Shown: positions 8,038 through 17,471 of the stretch, one piece after another
How positions within the stretch are numbered: the stretch's first letter is position 1
Layout of the letters: each line of letters starts with the position of its first letter
Source of the DNA: Brachyspira murdochii
GTDB taxonomy: Bacteria > Spirochaetota > JAAYUW01
Direction of reading: 5' to 3'
DNA: 38,443 bases
Assembly (NCBI GenBank): GCA_020722965.1
Contig: DYJT01000009.1
Location: 28,755 to 67,197 of the forward strand
The notes under the pieces: generated by a model
The model's database searches: none
Told to the model about the DNA's origin: nothing
The model's input: the letters and a program-made list of their open reading frames with translations, nothing else
Translations under genes and position numbers: made by a program

Positions 8038-9765
8038 TTATTCATTAATCTTATAGTTAAATCTTATCTCAAATGACTCCTTATTTTCTTCGACATTTTT
8101 CAGATCATTTGAACAGATCAAATTTAAAGATGCCTTATTTGTCAATGTTTGGCAATATTCAAATATTTTATCCGAATAATCAAATCTTTTGGTAATTTTT
8201 GAATTTAAAAAATAACTTAATGTAATAAGAATGCTTTTTTCTTCTTTAATTAAAGTCAAAGATATCTTTGATGGCAAAGGTACAAGACTTCTAATATAAA
8301 ACAATATTAAGATAATAACCCTTCTAATAGACTGAAAATCGGCAATAACTTCAAGATCTTCGGCTTTATCAATATCTGGTAGATCTAATTCAATTTCCTT
8401 ATTTTTAAATATCCCCTTGAAATAATGATTTATAAGAGTCAATAACTTTTTTATACTAAATGAAACTTGAATTGGTTCATATAAAACCTTTCCAATTCTA
8501 GAAAGGAAAATTATATCATCGATAAAAGCCATCATTATCTGAGCAGATTCATTTATTATCCTGCTATCGTTAATTATTTCTTCAATATTATTTCCCTCTA
8601 CTCCATCTTCAATTATTTGAGAAAATCCAAGTATTGAATTCAATGGGGATCTTAATTCATGAGCGAAATCTGAAATAAATGAAACCAGTGATTTTTTATA
8701 AAATAGATCCTCTGGATTTTCCTCATCTTCCATTATAATATTTAAGGGAACTAAGATAATAATCTTTTTATCTGAAATTATCTTGCCGAACACTTTTTTG
8801 GAAAATGTTATATTTGGCTTTAAATCGAGCTCTACAATGCTTTTAGTATTTATTTTATTTAAACTTTCTTCTGTAATTATAGATTTTATATTTAATTTTT
8901 CGTTTAAAATTGATGGAAAATCTTCTACTTCTAAATTATTCTTGTTAATTTCTCTTTCTATTTGGGCATAACCAAAATTATTAGCATCTTCAAATAGATC
9001 TTTATTATTAAAAATAAGAATACCGGCTGGGATAAGATCGAGTACTTTTTTTTGAAATAGAACCAGCGAGTTATAAAATTCTCTTCTTTCTCTTAAAACT
9101 TTTATAAGATTATTTAAACCATATTTAATATTATCTATTTCAGATATAACTGAAGATGATTGATTTTCATCATATTTACCTTCAATCATGTATTTTATCA
9201 TAACATATTGTTTTAATAGGTCATTAACAGTTCTTTTTTCAACCTTCAAAAGCAAAAACCAGATGAATAAAATTAAAAATAAAAAGATTATAAAGCCTAT
9301 AATAAAGATCTTGATAATGTATAAGTTAAAATAGATTTTGGGGATAATTATAATGCATATTCGAGAAAGAAAACTTTCTGCGAAAAATACTTTATAAGCT
9401 TTATGGGTAAAAAATCCGCATTTTTTTTCTAAAAATAATTGATCGAACTGTTCCAAAGGGAAAGGAGAGGATCTTGTAAAGATAATTTCATATTTTGCTA
9501 TAGGATCCCTAAAAATAATTGAAGAGTTCTTATTTATAAACCTATTACTGGCAATTATTTCATGTAATTTTGAATTTTGGGTTGTATTTGCAAGTAGATT
9601 TGCTTCATTTATTAAAAATATATTCAACTTTTTACTTTCACTAATCCCCAAAAATGTACAAATGCTTAAAATTATGATAAAGATGATTAAAATAAGAGGA
9701 AGGCATAAATTAATAAAAAGATACTTTTTAAAGGATGATTTTTTTTGACTTTCAAATTTTAGCAT
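8038..9765 (-). CDS. Membrane sensor with HisKA domain and degenerate HATPase (pseudo-histidine kinase)
   Basis: Two TM segments, PAS-like IPAGILIFN, intact AHELRSPLNSILGFSQ; no N-box Asn, DxGxG or GxGLG motif. Confidence 0.75.
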   Translation of the reverse strand: MLKFESQKKSSFKKYLFINLCLPLILIIFIIILSICTFLGISESKKLNIFLINEANLLANTTQNSKLHEIIASNRFINKNSSIIFRDPIAKYEIIFTRSSPFPLEQFDQLFLEKKCGFFTHKAYKVFFAESFLSRICIIIIPKIYFNLYIIKIFIIGFIIFLFLILFIWFLLLKVEKRTVNDLLKQYVMIKYMIEGKYDENQSSSVISEIDNIKYGLNNLIKVLRERREFYNSLVLFQKKVLDLIPAGILIFNNKDLFEDANNFGYAQIEREINKNNLEVEDFPSILNEKLNIKSIITEESLNKINTKSIVELDLKPNITFSKKVFGKIISDKKIIILVPLNIIMEDEENPEDLFYKKSLVSFISDFAHELRSPLNSILGFSQIIEDGVEGNNIEEIINDSRIINESAQIMMAFIDDIIFLSRIGKVLYEPIQVSFSIKKLLTLINHYFKGIFKNKEIELDLPDIDKAEDLEVIADFQSIRRVIILILFYIRSLVPLPSKISLTLIKEEKSILITLSYFLNSKITKRFDYSDKIFEYCQTLTNKASLNLICSNDLKNVEENKESFEIRFNYKINE

Positions 9766-9790
9766 TACAATCTTCCATAATTAAAATATA

Positions 9791-11464
9791 TTAAAATATT
9801 CCGGAAATATTACCATCTTCATCGATATCTATCTTTTTATAAGCAGCATCCTGTGGAAGTCCAGGCATTCTCATTATTTCTCCGGTTATAGGGACTAAGA
9901 ATCCCGCTCCTGATGCTATTTCTATCTGTCTAACAGTTACAAGAAAATCTTTTGGTCTTCCAAGTAATTCTGGATTATCAGAAAGAGATTTTTGGGTCTT
10001 TGCTATACAGACAGGCAATTTATCGAATCCATATTTTTTTATTTGTGCTAAGTCTCTTTTAGCAGTAGGGGTATAATCTACGGCTTCAGCTCCATACATT
10101 GTAGAAGCTACTTTAAATATCTTTTCTTCAGTAGATAGATCTAATGAATATAATGGCGATGGTTTCTCTTCCTTTTCATTTATAATATTTATAACTGCTT
10201 TAGCTAAGTCTGTCATTCCCTGCCCGCCTTTAGCCCAGCCTTCACAAATTGCATATGGCATCTGCTTTGATTCTAAGAGTTGAAATAACCTTTGCAGTTC
10301 TTCTTTTGTGTCTGTATTGAAAAGGTTTATAGCTACTACAGCAGGTGTTCCAAAAACTCTGATATTTTCTATATGTTTTTCCAAATTTGGAAAGCCTTTT
10401 TCAACAGCATCGGGATCTGGCTCATTAATCTGTTTTAATTTCTTGCCACCATGAAATTTCAATGCTCTTATTGTTGCGACTAAAACGACAGCTGACACAT
10501 CAAAACCAGCTTTTCTACTGACCAGATCGAAAAATTTTTCCGCACCAAGTTCAAATGCAAAACCAGCCTCAGTTATTGCGTAATCCCCAAGATTTAATGC
10601 TAACTTTGTCGCAATTATAGAATTTGCTCCTTGAGCAATATTGGCAAATGGACCACCATGGATAAAAACAGGGTTTCCTTCAATGGTTTGAACAAGATTT
10701 GGCTTTAATGCATCTTTTAATAATGCCGTAGCAGAACCATTAACATACAGTTCTCTTGCAAAAACAGGTTTACCCTCTATATCGAAACCAACAAGAACAT
10801 TACCTATCATCTGCTTCAATTCTTTGTAGTTTTCAGCAAGGCATAATATAGCCATTATCTCACTTGAGGCAGTGATATCAAATCCGGTTTCCCTCGGATA
10901 TCCATTTATGGCTCCACCAAGGCCTATAATTATATTTCTTAGACTTCTATCATTCATGTCCATGACTCTTCGCCATCTTATAGCTCTCAAATCAAGCTTG
11001 ATAGATCCTTTATTTATTTCATTATCAATTGCTGCTGCAATAAGGTTATGAGCCTTTTCTACCGCAGAAATATCTCCTGTAAAGTGTAAATTAATATCTT
11101 CCATTGGTATAACCTGTGAATATCCTCCACCCGTAGCTCCACCTTTTACCCCAAATACAGGACCTAAAGAAGGTTCCCTTAAGGCTAAAAAAGATTTATA
11201 ACCAAGTCTTCTTAATCCATCATGAAGTCCTATTGATGTAGTAGTTTTCCCCTCGCCTGCCGGTGTAGGTGTTATGGCAGAAACTAATATTAACTTCCCT
11301 TTCGGATTTTGTATTCTTGGTTGAAAAAAATCATATGAAATTTTTGCCTTATATTTCCCGTATAATTCCAATGCGTCTTCATCTATTCCATTTTCCTTTG
11401 CTATCTCTGTTATTGGAGATATTTTTGCATTCCTTGCTATCTCAATATCTTTATCTATACTCAT
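9791..11464 (-). CDS. fhs: Formate--tetrahydrofolate ligase
   Basis: TPAGEGKTT, GVKGGATGGGYSQV, HGGPFANIA, TEAGF, IMRMPGLP. Confidence 0.98.
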   Translation of the reverse strand: MSIDKDIEIARNAKISPITEIAKENGIDEDALELYGKYKAKISYDFFQPRIQNPKGKLILVSAITPTPAGEGKTTTSIGLHDGLRRLGYKSFLALREPSLGPVFGVKGGATGGGYSQVIPMEDINLHFTGDISAVEKAHNLIAAAIDNEINKGSIKLDLRAIRWRRVMDMNDRSLRNIIIGLGGAINGYPRETGFDITASSEIMAILCLAENYKELKQMIGNVLVGFDIEGKPVFARELYVNGSATALLKDALKPNLVQTIEGNPVFIHGGPFANIAQGANSIIATKLALNLGDYAITEAGFAFELGAEKFFDLVSRKAGFDVSAVVLVATIRALKFHGGKKLKQINEPDPDAVEKGFPNLEKHIENIRVFGTPAVVAINLFNTDTKEELQRLFQLLESKQMPYAICEGWAKGGQGMTDLAKAVINIINEKEEKPSPLYSLDLSTEEKIFKVASTMYGAEAVDYTPTAKRDLAQIKKYGFDKLPVCIAKTQKSLSDNPELLGRPKDFLVTVRQIEIASGAGFLVPITGEIMRMPGLPQDAAYKKIDIDEDGNISGIF

Positions 11465-11496
11465 ATATCCCCCTATAAAATTCTATCTCTATAATT

Positions 11497-11913
11497 TTAT
11501 TTTGGCGCAAGTACCAATGCTTCTCCTGTTAATACTAATTCTTCCCTTTGATTATAAACTTCGGTAGTTAGAATAACTCGATTTTTTTCTTTAATTATCT
11601 CTTTAACGGTAACTTTAGCTTCTATTGTATCTCCAATGTAAACTGGAGCTTTAAAATTTAAACTCTGTGAAACATAAATTGTACCAGGACCAGGCAATTT
11701 CGTTCCTAAAACTGTTGAAATAAATGAACTTACCAAAAGACCATGAACTATTCTTTTGCCAAATTTAGTTGAATTAGCATACACTTCATCTATATGAGCA
11801 GGATTCATATCTCCAGTTATTCCTGCAAAAGAATATACATCCGATTCAGAAATAGTTTTTCTAAAACTTTCAGTCTGATTTAAATTCAATTGCTCAATGG
11901 TTAAACCCTTCAT
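11497..11913 (-). CDS. MaoC-family (R)-specific enoyl-CoA hydratase
   Basis: FAGITGDMNPAHID, RIVHG, LPGPGTIY..F.APV; start reassigned to ATG 11913 behind RBS AAGGAGG. Confidence 0.9.
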   Translation of the reverse strand: MKGLTIEQLNLNQTESFRKTISESDVYSFAGITGDMNPAHIDEVYANSTKFGKRIVHGLLVSSFISTVLGTKLPGPGTIYVSQSLNFKAPVYIGDTIEAKVTVKEIIKEKNRVILTTEVYNQREELVLTGEALVLAPK

Positions 11914-11925
11914 TAGATCCTCCTT

Positions 11926-11967
11926 AATTTTATGCAATTAACTTTTTGCATTTAACTTTATGCAATA
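11926..11967. repeat. Three tandem 14-bp repeats immediately upstream of the maoC RBS
   Basis: aattttatgcaatt / aactttttgcattt / aactttatgcaata. Confidence 0.7.
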
Positions 11968-12118
11968 ATTTAAAAATTTTAACTTAATATCCCTTTTCAT
12001 TATTACTTAAATAATAATCAAAAATCCCTATTAGTAAAGAATTAAATAAATTAAACTTTTATGTAATCGATAAAAAATTTTTTACTATTTAATAATAAAA
12101 AGTAAAAGGAGAGTATTT

Positions 12119-12565
12119 ATGAAAGACATTAATCTCACAGTAATCAGCGGAAGGCTAACAGCAGATCCACTTTTCAGAGAGACCAAAAATGGCAAGGGGT
12201 TTTGTCTATTTGGACTTGCTTCGAACAATTTTTTTAAAAAAGATGAAAACTGGCAAAAAGAACCTACTTTTATCCTTGTAAAATGCTGGAATAACCTGGC
12301 AATACAAACTTTTGAAAATTTAAAAAAGGGCAGTCAGGTTTTAGTTTATGGTACATTAAAGTATTCGACTATCGAAACAGGTAATGAAACAAAAAGAAAC
12401 TTAAATTTCATTTTAGCTCAAAAGATAGACAAGATCCCTAAAATTTTAGTAAAAGAAAACCAGAATGATAATAGTACCGAAGTTGTCCAGCCCCTTCAAT
12501 CCAATAAGAAAAAGGCTAAACAGATGTTGGTAGATGAAGATAATCTTGTTAAAATCGAAAACTAA
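12119..12565 (+). CDS. ssb: Single-stranded DNA-binding protein
   Basis: N...SGRLTADP, F.LA.N, KCWNNLA, LKKGSQVLVYG.L OB fold; RBS AAGGAG. Confidence 0.9.
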   Translation: MKDINLTVISGRLTADPLFRETKNGKGFCLFGLASNNFFKKDENWQKEPTFILVKCWNNLAIQTFENLKKGSQVLVYGTLKYSTIETGNETKRNLNFILAQKIDKIPKILVKENQNDNSTEVVQPLQSNKKKAKQMLVDEDNLVKIEN

Positions 12566-12612
12566 AAAATTCTCATTTTATTATTATTTAATTTCATTAA
12601 TTGCTTTATATG

Positions 12613-12648
12613 GGGGTTGTCCAATAATTCAAGGGCAATCCCTTTTTT
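12613..12648 (+). terminator. Rho-independent terminator after ssb
   Basis: GGGGTTGTCC-N10-GGGCAATCCC stem (G-U pairs) followed by T6. Confidence 0.75.
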
Positions 12649-12655
12649 ATTAATT

Positions 12656-12685
12656 TTGACTTTTATTAAACTTTTATTATATTTT
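12656..12685 (+). promoter_or_regulatory. Putative sigma70 promoter for the REC-GGDEF-REC gene
   Basis: TTGACT followed by TATATT or TATTTT at 16-18 bp. Confidence 0.4.
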
Positions 12686-12740
12686 AATGAGTAAAAAGTG
12701 GATATAAAGTAGTGTCATATTTTTCCTAAAAGGTATTATA

Positions 12741-14114
12741 ATGAAACTATTGTATTTTGGTGAAAAAACTGAATTGGCTATAAATACAGGAAAATTTTTA
12801 GCTTCTGATGGTTTTCAATTTTTTATCACCGAAGGAAAAGTATCTTTAAAAGATATAGTAACAAAATTTATCCCGGATGTAATAGTCGTGGATTCTTCTT
12901 TAATAATAGTTTCCGCTTACACCATTATTAAACAAATAAAGCAAGATCCTTTATTAAAACATTGTCCTGTATTTTTACTTACGACTGAAAGTGAATTAAA
13001 TGATTTAGATTCGCATCTTGATCTTGGTATTGATGAAGTTGTTTTGAAACCATTTGATTTGAGATACCTATCAAATCGAATAAAACTTTTTTACAGGATG
13101 TTTATTGCAAAAGATAACAATCCTTTAACTGGTCTGCCTGGTAATAGAGCTATTTCTATTAAATTACAAAATCTTATCTTAAATCAAAATGAAACAAAAT
13201 TTGCCGTTATCTATTCAGATCTCGATAATTTTAAACCATACAACGATATTTATGGTTTTGCAAAAGGTGATGAAATCATTTTATATACCGCAAAATTACT
13301 GGAGGAAGCTTTAAAAACTTATTCTAAAAGCGAGCTAGATTTTTTAGGTCATATTGGAGGAGATGATTATATCCTGATAACAATACCTGAAAATATCGAA
13401 AATATCTGTAATTTTGTGACTCAAAAATTTGATAAAGATGCACCTTCTTTTTATAACGAAACAGATAGACAGGCTGGCTATATATTGACTAAAGATAGAG
13501 AAGGCAAACTTAAGCAATTTAAATTTTTATCAATATCCCTTGCAGTCGTAACAAATTTAAAAAGGAAATATGAATCGATTGCAGATCTTTCAAAAATAGC
13601 TGCTGAAGTTAAAAAAGTTGCTAAGGGAAAAGAATTTTCATCCTGGTATGTTGATAAAAGAAATCCAGATACTGAAAAAGAAAAAGAATTTTTAGAGAAA
13701 AATCATTTAACAGATAGAAGAGATTCGATTCATGCCCTTAAAAGCAAGGGTTCAATTCTTGTTGTGGATGATCAAAGAACTATTCTGGAATATTTAAGAA
13801 ATTTACTTGAATTCGATGGCTATGAAGTTGATGCTGAACTTTCTGCTACAAAGGCTCTATTTAAAACCAGTTATAAAAGATACGATCTTGTAGTTACAGA
13901 TATTTCAATGCCAGAGATGGATGGAATAGCTTTTATTAAAGAACTTAGAACGAGAAAATATGGAAATAATATACCTGTCGTAGTTGTATCTGCATATACT
14001 AAAAAAGAACTTATTCTTGAAACCTTGAAATTAGGAGTCAAGAAATTTTTCAGAAAACCTATTGATAGCCAGGAATTTTTAAATGCAATTCAAACAATAA
14101 TTTTATCAAAATAG
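12741..14114 (+). CDS. REC-GGDEF-REC response regulator / diguanylate cyclase
   Basis: N-terminal receiver-like domain, NPLTGLPGN, DLDNFKPYNDIYG..GD, GHIGGDDY, canonical C-terminal REC (VVDD, TDISMPEMDG, KP). Confidence 0.9.
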   Translation: MKLLYFGEKTELAINTGKFLASDGFQFFITEGKVSLKDIVTKFIPDVIVVDSSLIIVSAYTIIKQIKQDPLLKHCPVFLLTTESELNDLDSHLDLGIDEVVLKPFDLRYLSNRIKLFYRMFIAKDNNPLTGLPGNRAISIKLQNLILNQNETKFAVIYSDLDNFKPYNDIYGFAKGDEIILYTAKLLEEALKTYSKSELDFLGHIGGDDYILITIPENIENICNFVTQKFDKDAPSFYNETDRQAGYILTKDREGKLKQFKFLSISLAVVTNLKRKYESIADLSKIAAEVKKVAKGKEFSSWYVDKRNPDTEKEKEFLEKNHLTDRRDSIHALKSKGSILVVDDQRTILEYLRNLLEFDGYEVDAELSATKALFKTSYKRYDLVVTDISMPEMDGIAFIKELRTRKYGNNIPVVVVSAYTKKELILETLKLGVKKFFRKPIDSQEFLNAIQTIILSK

Positions 14115-14142
14115 TTCTCTTCCATGTCAAAAGGAGGTTTTA

Positions 14143-14490
14143 ATGTCAGAAATTTTTAAAGATAAAGAGACTAAAATTGATGAACAAAATGCATTAAGAC
14201 CGGCTTTTACTTTTGATCTGCAAAAATATAAAAGTTCGAGTTCGATTAAAGACGCAATAATAATAATTGGAGCTCCTTTTATTAACCCCTTAAAAAATGA
14301 TAAGATAATAATTTCACCCACCATTTTCTCTGATAACAAGATATTTTATGAATTTGATATTAAAGATATTATAACATGGGAAGAAATAGATAAAATAGTC
14401 AATCCAAAGGGTTCAACAATAACACTTATCAAACTTTTTATAAAAAAGGGAACAATCGGCATTAGGTATGAACCTGTTTTATTTCAATAA
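14143..14490 (+). CDS. Small conserved hypothetical protein
   Basis: Strong RBS AGGAGG; G.P...P...DKII..P......YEF...DI...EE....KKG..GIRYEP pattern resembles small proteins sometimes labelled 'Ppa', but no PPase catalytic motif is visible. Confidence 0.7.
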   Translation: MSEIFKDKETKIDEQNALRPAFTFDLQKYKSSSSIKDAIIIIGAPFINPLKNDKIIISPTIFSDNKIFYEFDIKDIITWEEIDKIVNPKGSTITLIKLFIKKGTIGIRYEPVLFQ

Positions 14491-15539
14491 AGTACTATGT
14501 TTTCTATTATTCCTCCTGCGATAATAATATCATCCTTATATATCACTAAAGATTGCCCGGAAGCAGAAGCCTCTACTTCTTTCAGAAATTCTAACTTAAT
14601 CTTTTTCTTGTTATCCATATTTACAATTTCAAGTTTTGCTCTTTCCTCTTTTGACTTATATCTAATCTTTGCAGTATAGATATAATCATTTGAAAATTCG
14701 TCATTGTTAATAAAAAGGTTTAAATTCCCCGCAATAACTGATTTTGTACAGGGTTTTTCACCTAATTCTATCTTGTTTTGTTCAAAATCTATGTTTCTCA
14801 CATACATTCTTTTACCAAAAGCCAAATTTAACCCTTTTCTTTGCCCAATCGTATATTTAAAAATCCCTTGATATTCCCCCAATATATTTCCATTACTATC
14901 TACAAAAAATCCACTTTTTAAGTTCTGATTATTATCATATTTTTCTATATATTTTTTATAAGAGTCATTATTGGTAAAACATATATCAAAAGATTCTTCT
15001 TTGTTGGCAATCTCATTTAATCCTTTATCCCTCAATATCTCTTTGACTTCTGATTTTGAATAATTACCCAGCGGAAAAATTATATTTGGTAAAATATTTT
15101 TTGGGATTCCCCATAAAAAATAGGATTGGTCCTTTATCCTATCTTTTGCCTTCTGTATAAAAAATCTACCTTTTTCATCTTGATATATTTTTGCATAATG
15201 TCCTGTTGCAATTTTTTCTATATTGAATTTATTTTTAATAATTGTATAAAACAAGCCAAATTTTATATATCTATTACATCTAACACAAGGGTTTGGAGTT
15301 AGACCACTTAAATATGATTTATAGAAATCTTCCTTTATTACCTGTTCAAATACATTTCCTATATCAATGACATGAAGATTAATATTTAATTTTTTCGCTG
15401 TTTGCTCAACATTCTCCGAAAGATGTTTTCCAATAGGGAAATTGAAGGCAACAACATCATAACCTTTTTCTTTAAGAGCGATAGCTGCAAATGTAGAGTC
15501 TGCCCCACCACTAAATGCCAGAGCGACCTTCTTGTTCAT
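14484..15539 (-). CDS. mnmA: tRNA 2-thiouridine(34) synthase MnmA
   Basis: SGGADS PP-loop, TPNPCVRCN, ATGHYA, KDQSYFL, YTIGQRKGL, GQS. Confidence 0.96.
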   Translation of the reverse strand: MNKKVALAFSGGADSTFAAIALKEKGYDVVAFNFPIGKHLSENVEQTAKKLNINLHVIDIGNVFEQVIKEDFYKSYLSGLTPNPCVRCNRYIKFGLFYTIIKNKFNIEKIATGHYAKIYQDEKGRFFIQKAKDRIKDQSYFLWGIPKNILPNIIFPLGNYSKSEVKEILRDKGLNEIANKEESFDICFTNNDSYKKYIEKYDNNQNLKSGFFVDSNGNILGEYQGIFKYTIGQRKGLNLAFGKRMYVRNIDFEQNKIELGEKPCTKSVIAGNLNLFINNDEFSNDYIYTAKIRYKSKEERAKLEIVNMDNKKKIKLEFLKEVEASASGQSLVIYKDDIIIAGGIIENIVLY

Positions 15540-15630
15540 CTAATCTCCAGATCTTTTTTAATTTACAGACAAATTTAATAGCATAGTTAAATTAAAAAAA
15601 AATAATTAAATTGAGAGAATAAATTTAAAT

Positions 15631-15752
15631 GATATTTTTGATTATATTTTTGTTTATATTTTTTTATTATATTGATTATGCTTATTAATTATACTTTTGG
15701 TTATATTTTTTTATTTTATTGATTTTGTTTTTGATTGTAGACTATACTTTTT
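15631..15752. repeat. Degenerate ~12-bp T-rich minisatellite in the divergent intergenic region
   Basis: Repeated (g)attatatttttg-like units. Confidence 0.55.
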
Positions 15753-15813
15753 ATCACATAATAGGTTATAATTATTGTAAATTAAAGATAAAGATTTTGA
15801 AAGGATTTTGAAA

Positions 15814-16476
15814 ATGGATTTAAAAGACTTTTTTTTTAATTATTTTAATAAAAATTTCGAAAAAAGATTTTTAAAAGCCTTAGCGTTTAATTTTAAGAAA
15901 GATAATCTTTCAGATTCTGAATTTATACTTGAAGAGATACAGCAAAAAACTCCCCTGATTTTTAAATCTTATATTGATTCTAGTTTAACAAAGGGAAAAG
16001 CAGAAATCTCACATATCAGAATCGCATCTTTTTTACTTTCGGTATTTAGTTCTATAAGAATTCATTATAAAGATACAGATTTAATAAAAAAAATTATAGA
16101 AGATATTTCATCCCATATCTTTTATAAAGAGATAAGGTTTCTATTATTACTTGCATTTATCTTCTCTAAAAATAGATTAATTGCATTCTGGAATTATTTT
16201 TTTCTTTTACAAGATAAATTCATAGCTTTTTTCTTCGATAAATCTATAGAAATAACTAAAGATTATAAAGAACAGAAGATCGTAATCAAGCTTAATCCAA
16301 TAACTTATAAATCCTTTTTTACTAAACATAGATTAGAAAGTTTAATCTTCCCATCTATATCCTATTTTAATGCTATTATTAAGGTTATAGAAAAAAACTA
16401 TCCCGAATTAGAAATTCATAAAGATGAAGATCCGATTAATTTCAATCAATCTTATTTAATATCTTATAAGAGTTAA
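15814..16476 (+). CDS. Hypothetical protein, distantly L-2-amino-thiazoline-4-carboxylate hydrolase-like
   Basis: RBS AAGGA 8 nt before ATG 15814; HIRIASFLL.. and Y.SFF.KH.L..L pattern; contains no Cys. Confidence 0.5.
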   Translation: MDLKDFFFNYFNKNFEKRFLKALAFNFKKDNLSDSEFILEEIQQKTPLIFKSYIDSSLTKGKAEISHIRIASFLLSVFSSIRIHYKDTDLIKKIIEDISSHIFYKEIRFLLLLAFIFSKNRLIAFWNYFFLLQDKFIAFFFDKSIEITKDYKEQKIVIKLNPITYKSFFTKHRLESLIFPSISYFNAIIKVIEKNYPELEIHKDEDPINFNQSYLISYKS

Positions 16477-16496
16477 TACTATAAGGAAAACTTTTT

Positions 16497-17420
16497 ATGT
16501 TTGATAAAATGATTCTTGTAACAGAAAAACAAGACTTACAATTAAATTTTAAAAACACTTTTTTTTCTTACAAAAAAGATGAGATTGATTTAAAAAATCT
16601 ATTAGAAAGTGCGAACTTTTCCTTTATTTCAAGGTCAGTTACGGAAGAAGATGTTTCAAAAAAACAGATAATTCCATATATTTTAATAAAAGACAATAAT
16701 GATAGATTCTTTATTTATAAGAGAAAAGGGAACGAAAAAAGACTGCATGGCCTTTACTCAGTGGGAGTGGGAGGACATATTGACAAAGAAGATATTGAAA
16801 ATGAGATTGAATTAAGAGATTTATTGGATAAAAGAAATAATAATTTTTTTAAACTCGATCATAAAAAATTTTTTCAGATATTAAACATTGTCATTAAAAG
16901 AGAGATATATGAAGAAATCGGTATAATATTAGATGAAAAAAAAATTGAAAACCTTCAATTTCTTGGGATTATAAATGAAGATATCTCCTCGGTTGGCAAA
17001 GTTCATCTTGGGTTTGTTTTTATTTATAAATACGATAATAATATTGAAAAAATTAAGCCAATTGATGATGAAATAGATTATTTTGAATTTGCCTCAATTA
17101 ACGAAATTTATGATAAATGGGAATCTTTCGAAAAATGGTCTATTTTAGCGTTATCTTTAATAGATATTACAAAAACTTTAATCTATATAAGTTTCAATAA
17201 ATTAAATACTATAAAAAAGATCAATTTTTTTAAAGATCATCAGATTACAGAATTTATTGAATTCATAACAAAAGATGATGATAGCGATAAATTTAAGGTC
17301 TTCATCGAATTTTTTCTTTCATTAGAAAGGAAAAGAATCTATTTTTTTATTGAAAAAGATGATTACCCAAAAATCAAAGATCTATGCAATAAATTTAACC
17401 TAACACAACTTAAAGATTAG
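16497..17420 (+). CDS. Predicted NUDIX phosphoesterase (COG4112-like) with C-terminal extension
   Basis: E.D...KQIIPY, E.RLHG.YSVGVGGHI, REIYEEIG, VGKVHLG, FE.WS. Confidence 0.85.
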   Translation: MFDKMILVTEKQDLQLNFKNTFFSYKKDEIDLKNLLESANFSFISRSVTEEDVSKKQIIPYILIKDNNDRFFIYKRKGNEKRLHGLYSVGVGGHIDKEDIENEIELRDLLDKRNNNFFKLDHKKFFQILNIVIKREIYEEIGIILDEKKIENLQFLGIINEDISSVGKVHLGFVFIYKYDNNIEKIKPIDDEIDYFEFASINEIYDKWESFEKWSILALSLIDITKTLIYISFNKLNTIKKINFFKDHQITEFIEFITKDDDSDKFKVFIEFFLSLERKRIYFFIEKDDYPKIKDLCNKFNLTQLKD

Positions 17421-17471
17421 TTCAACAAGATTAGATAGATAAGATAAAAAGATCTTAATTTAGGATAAAAT

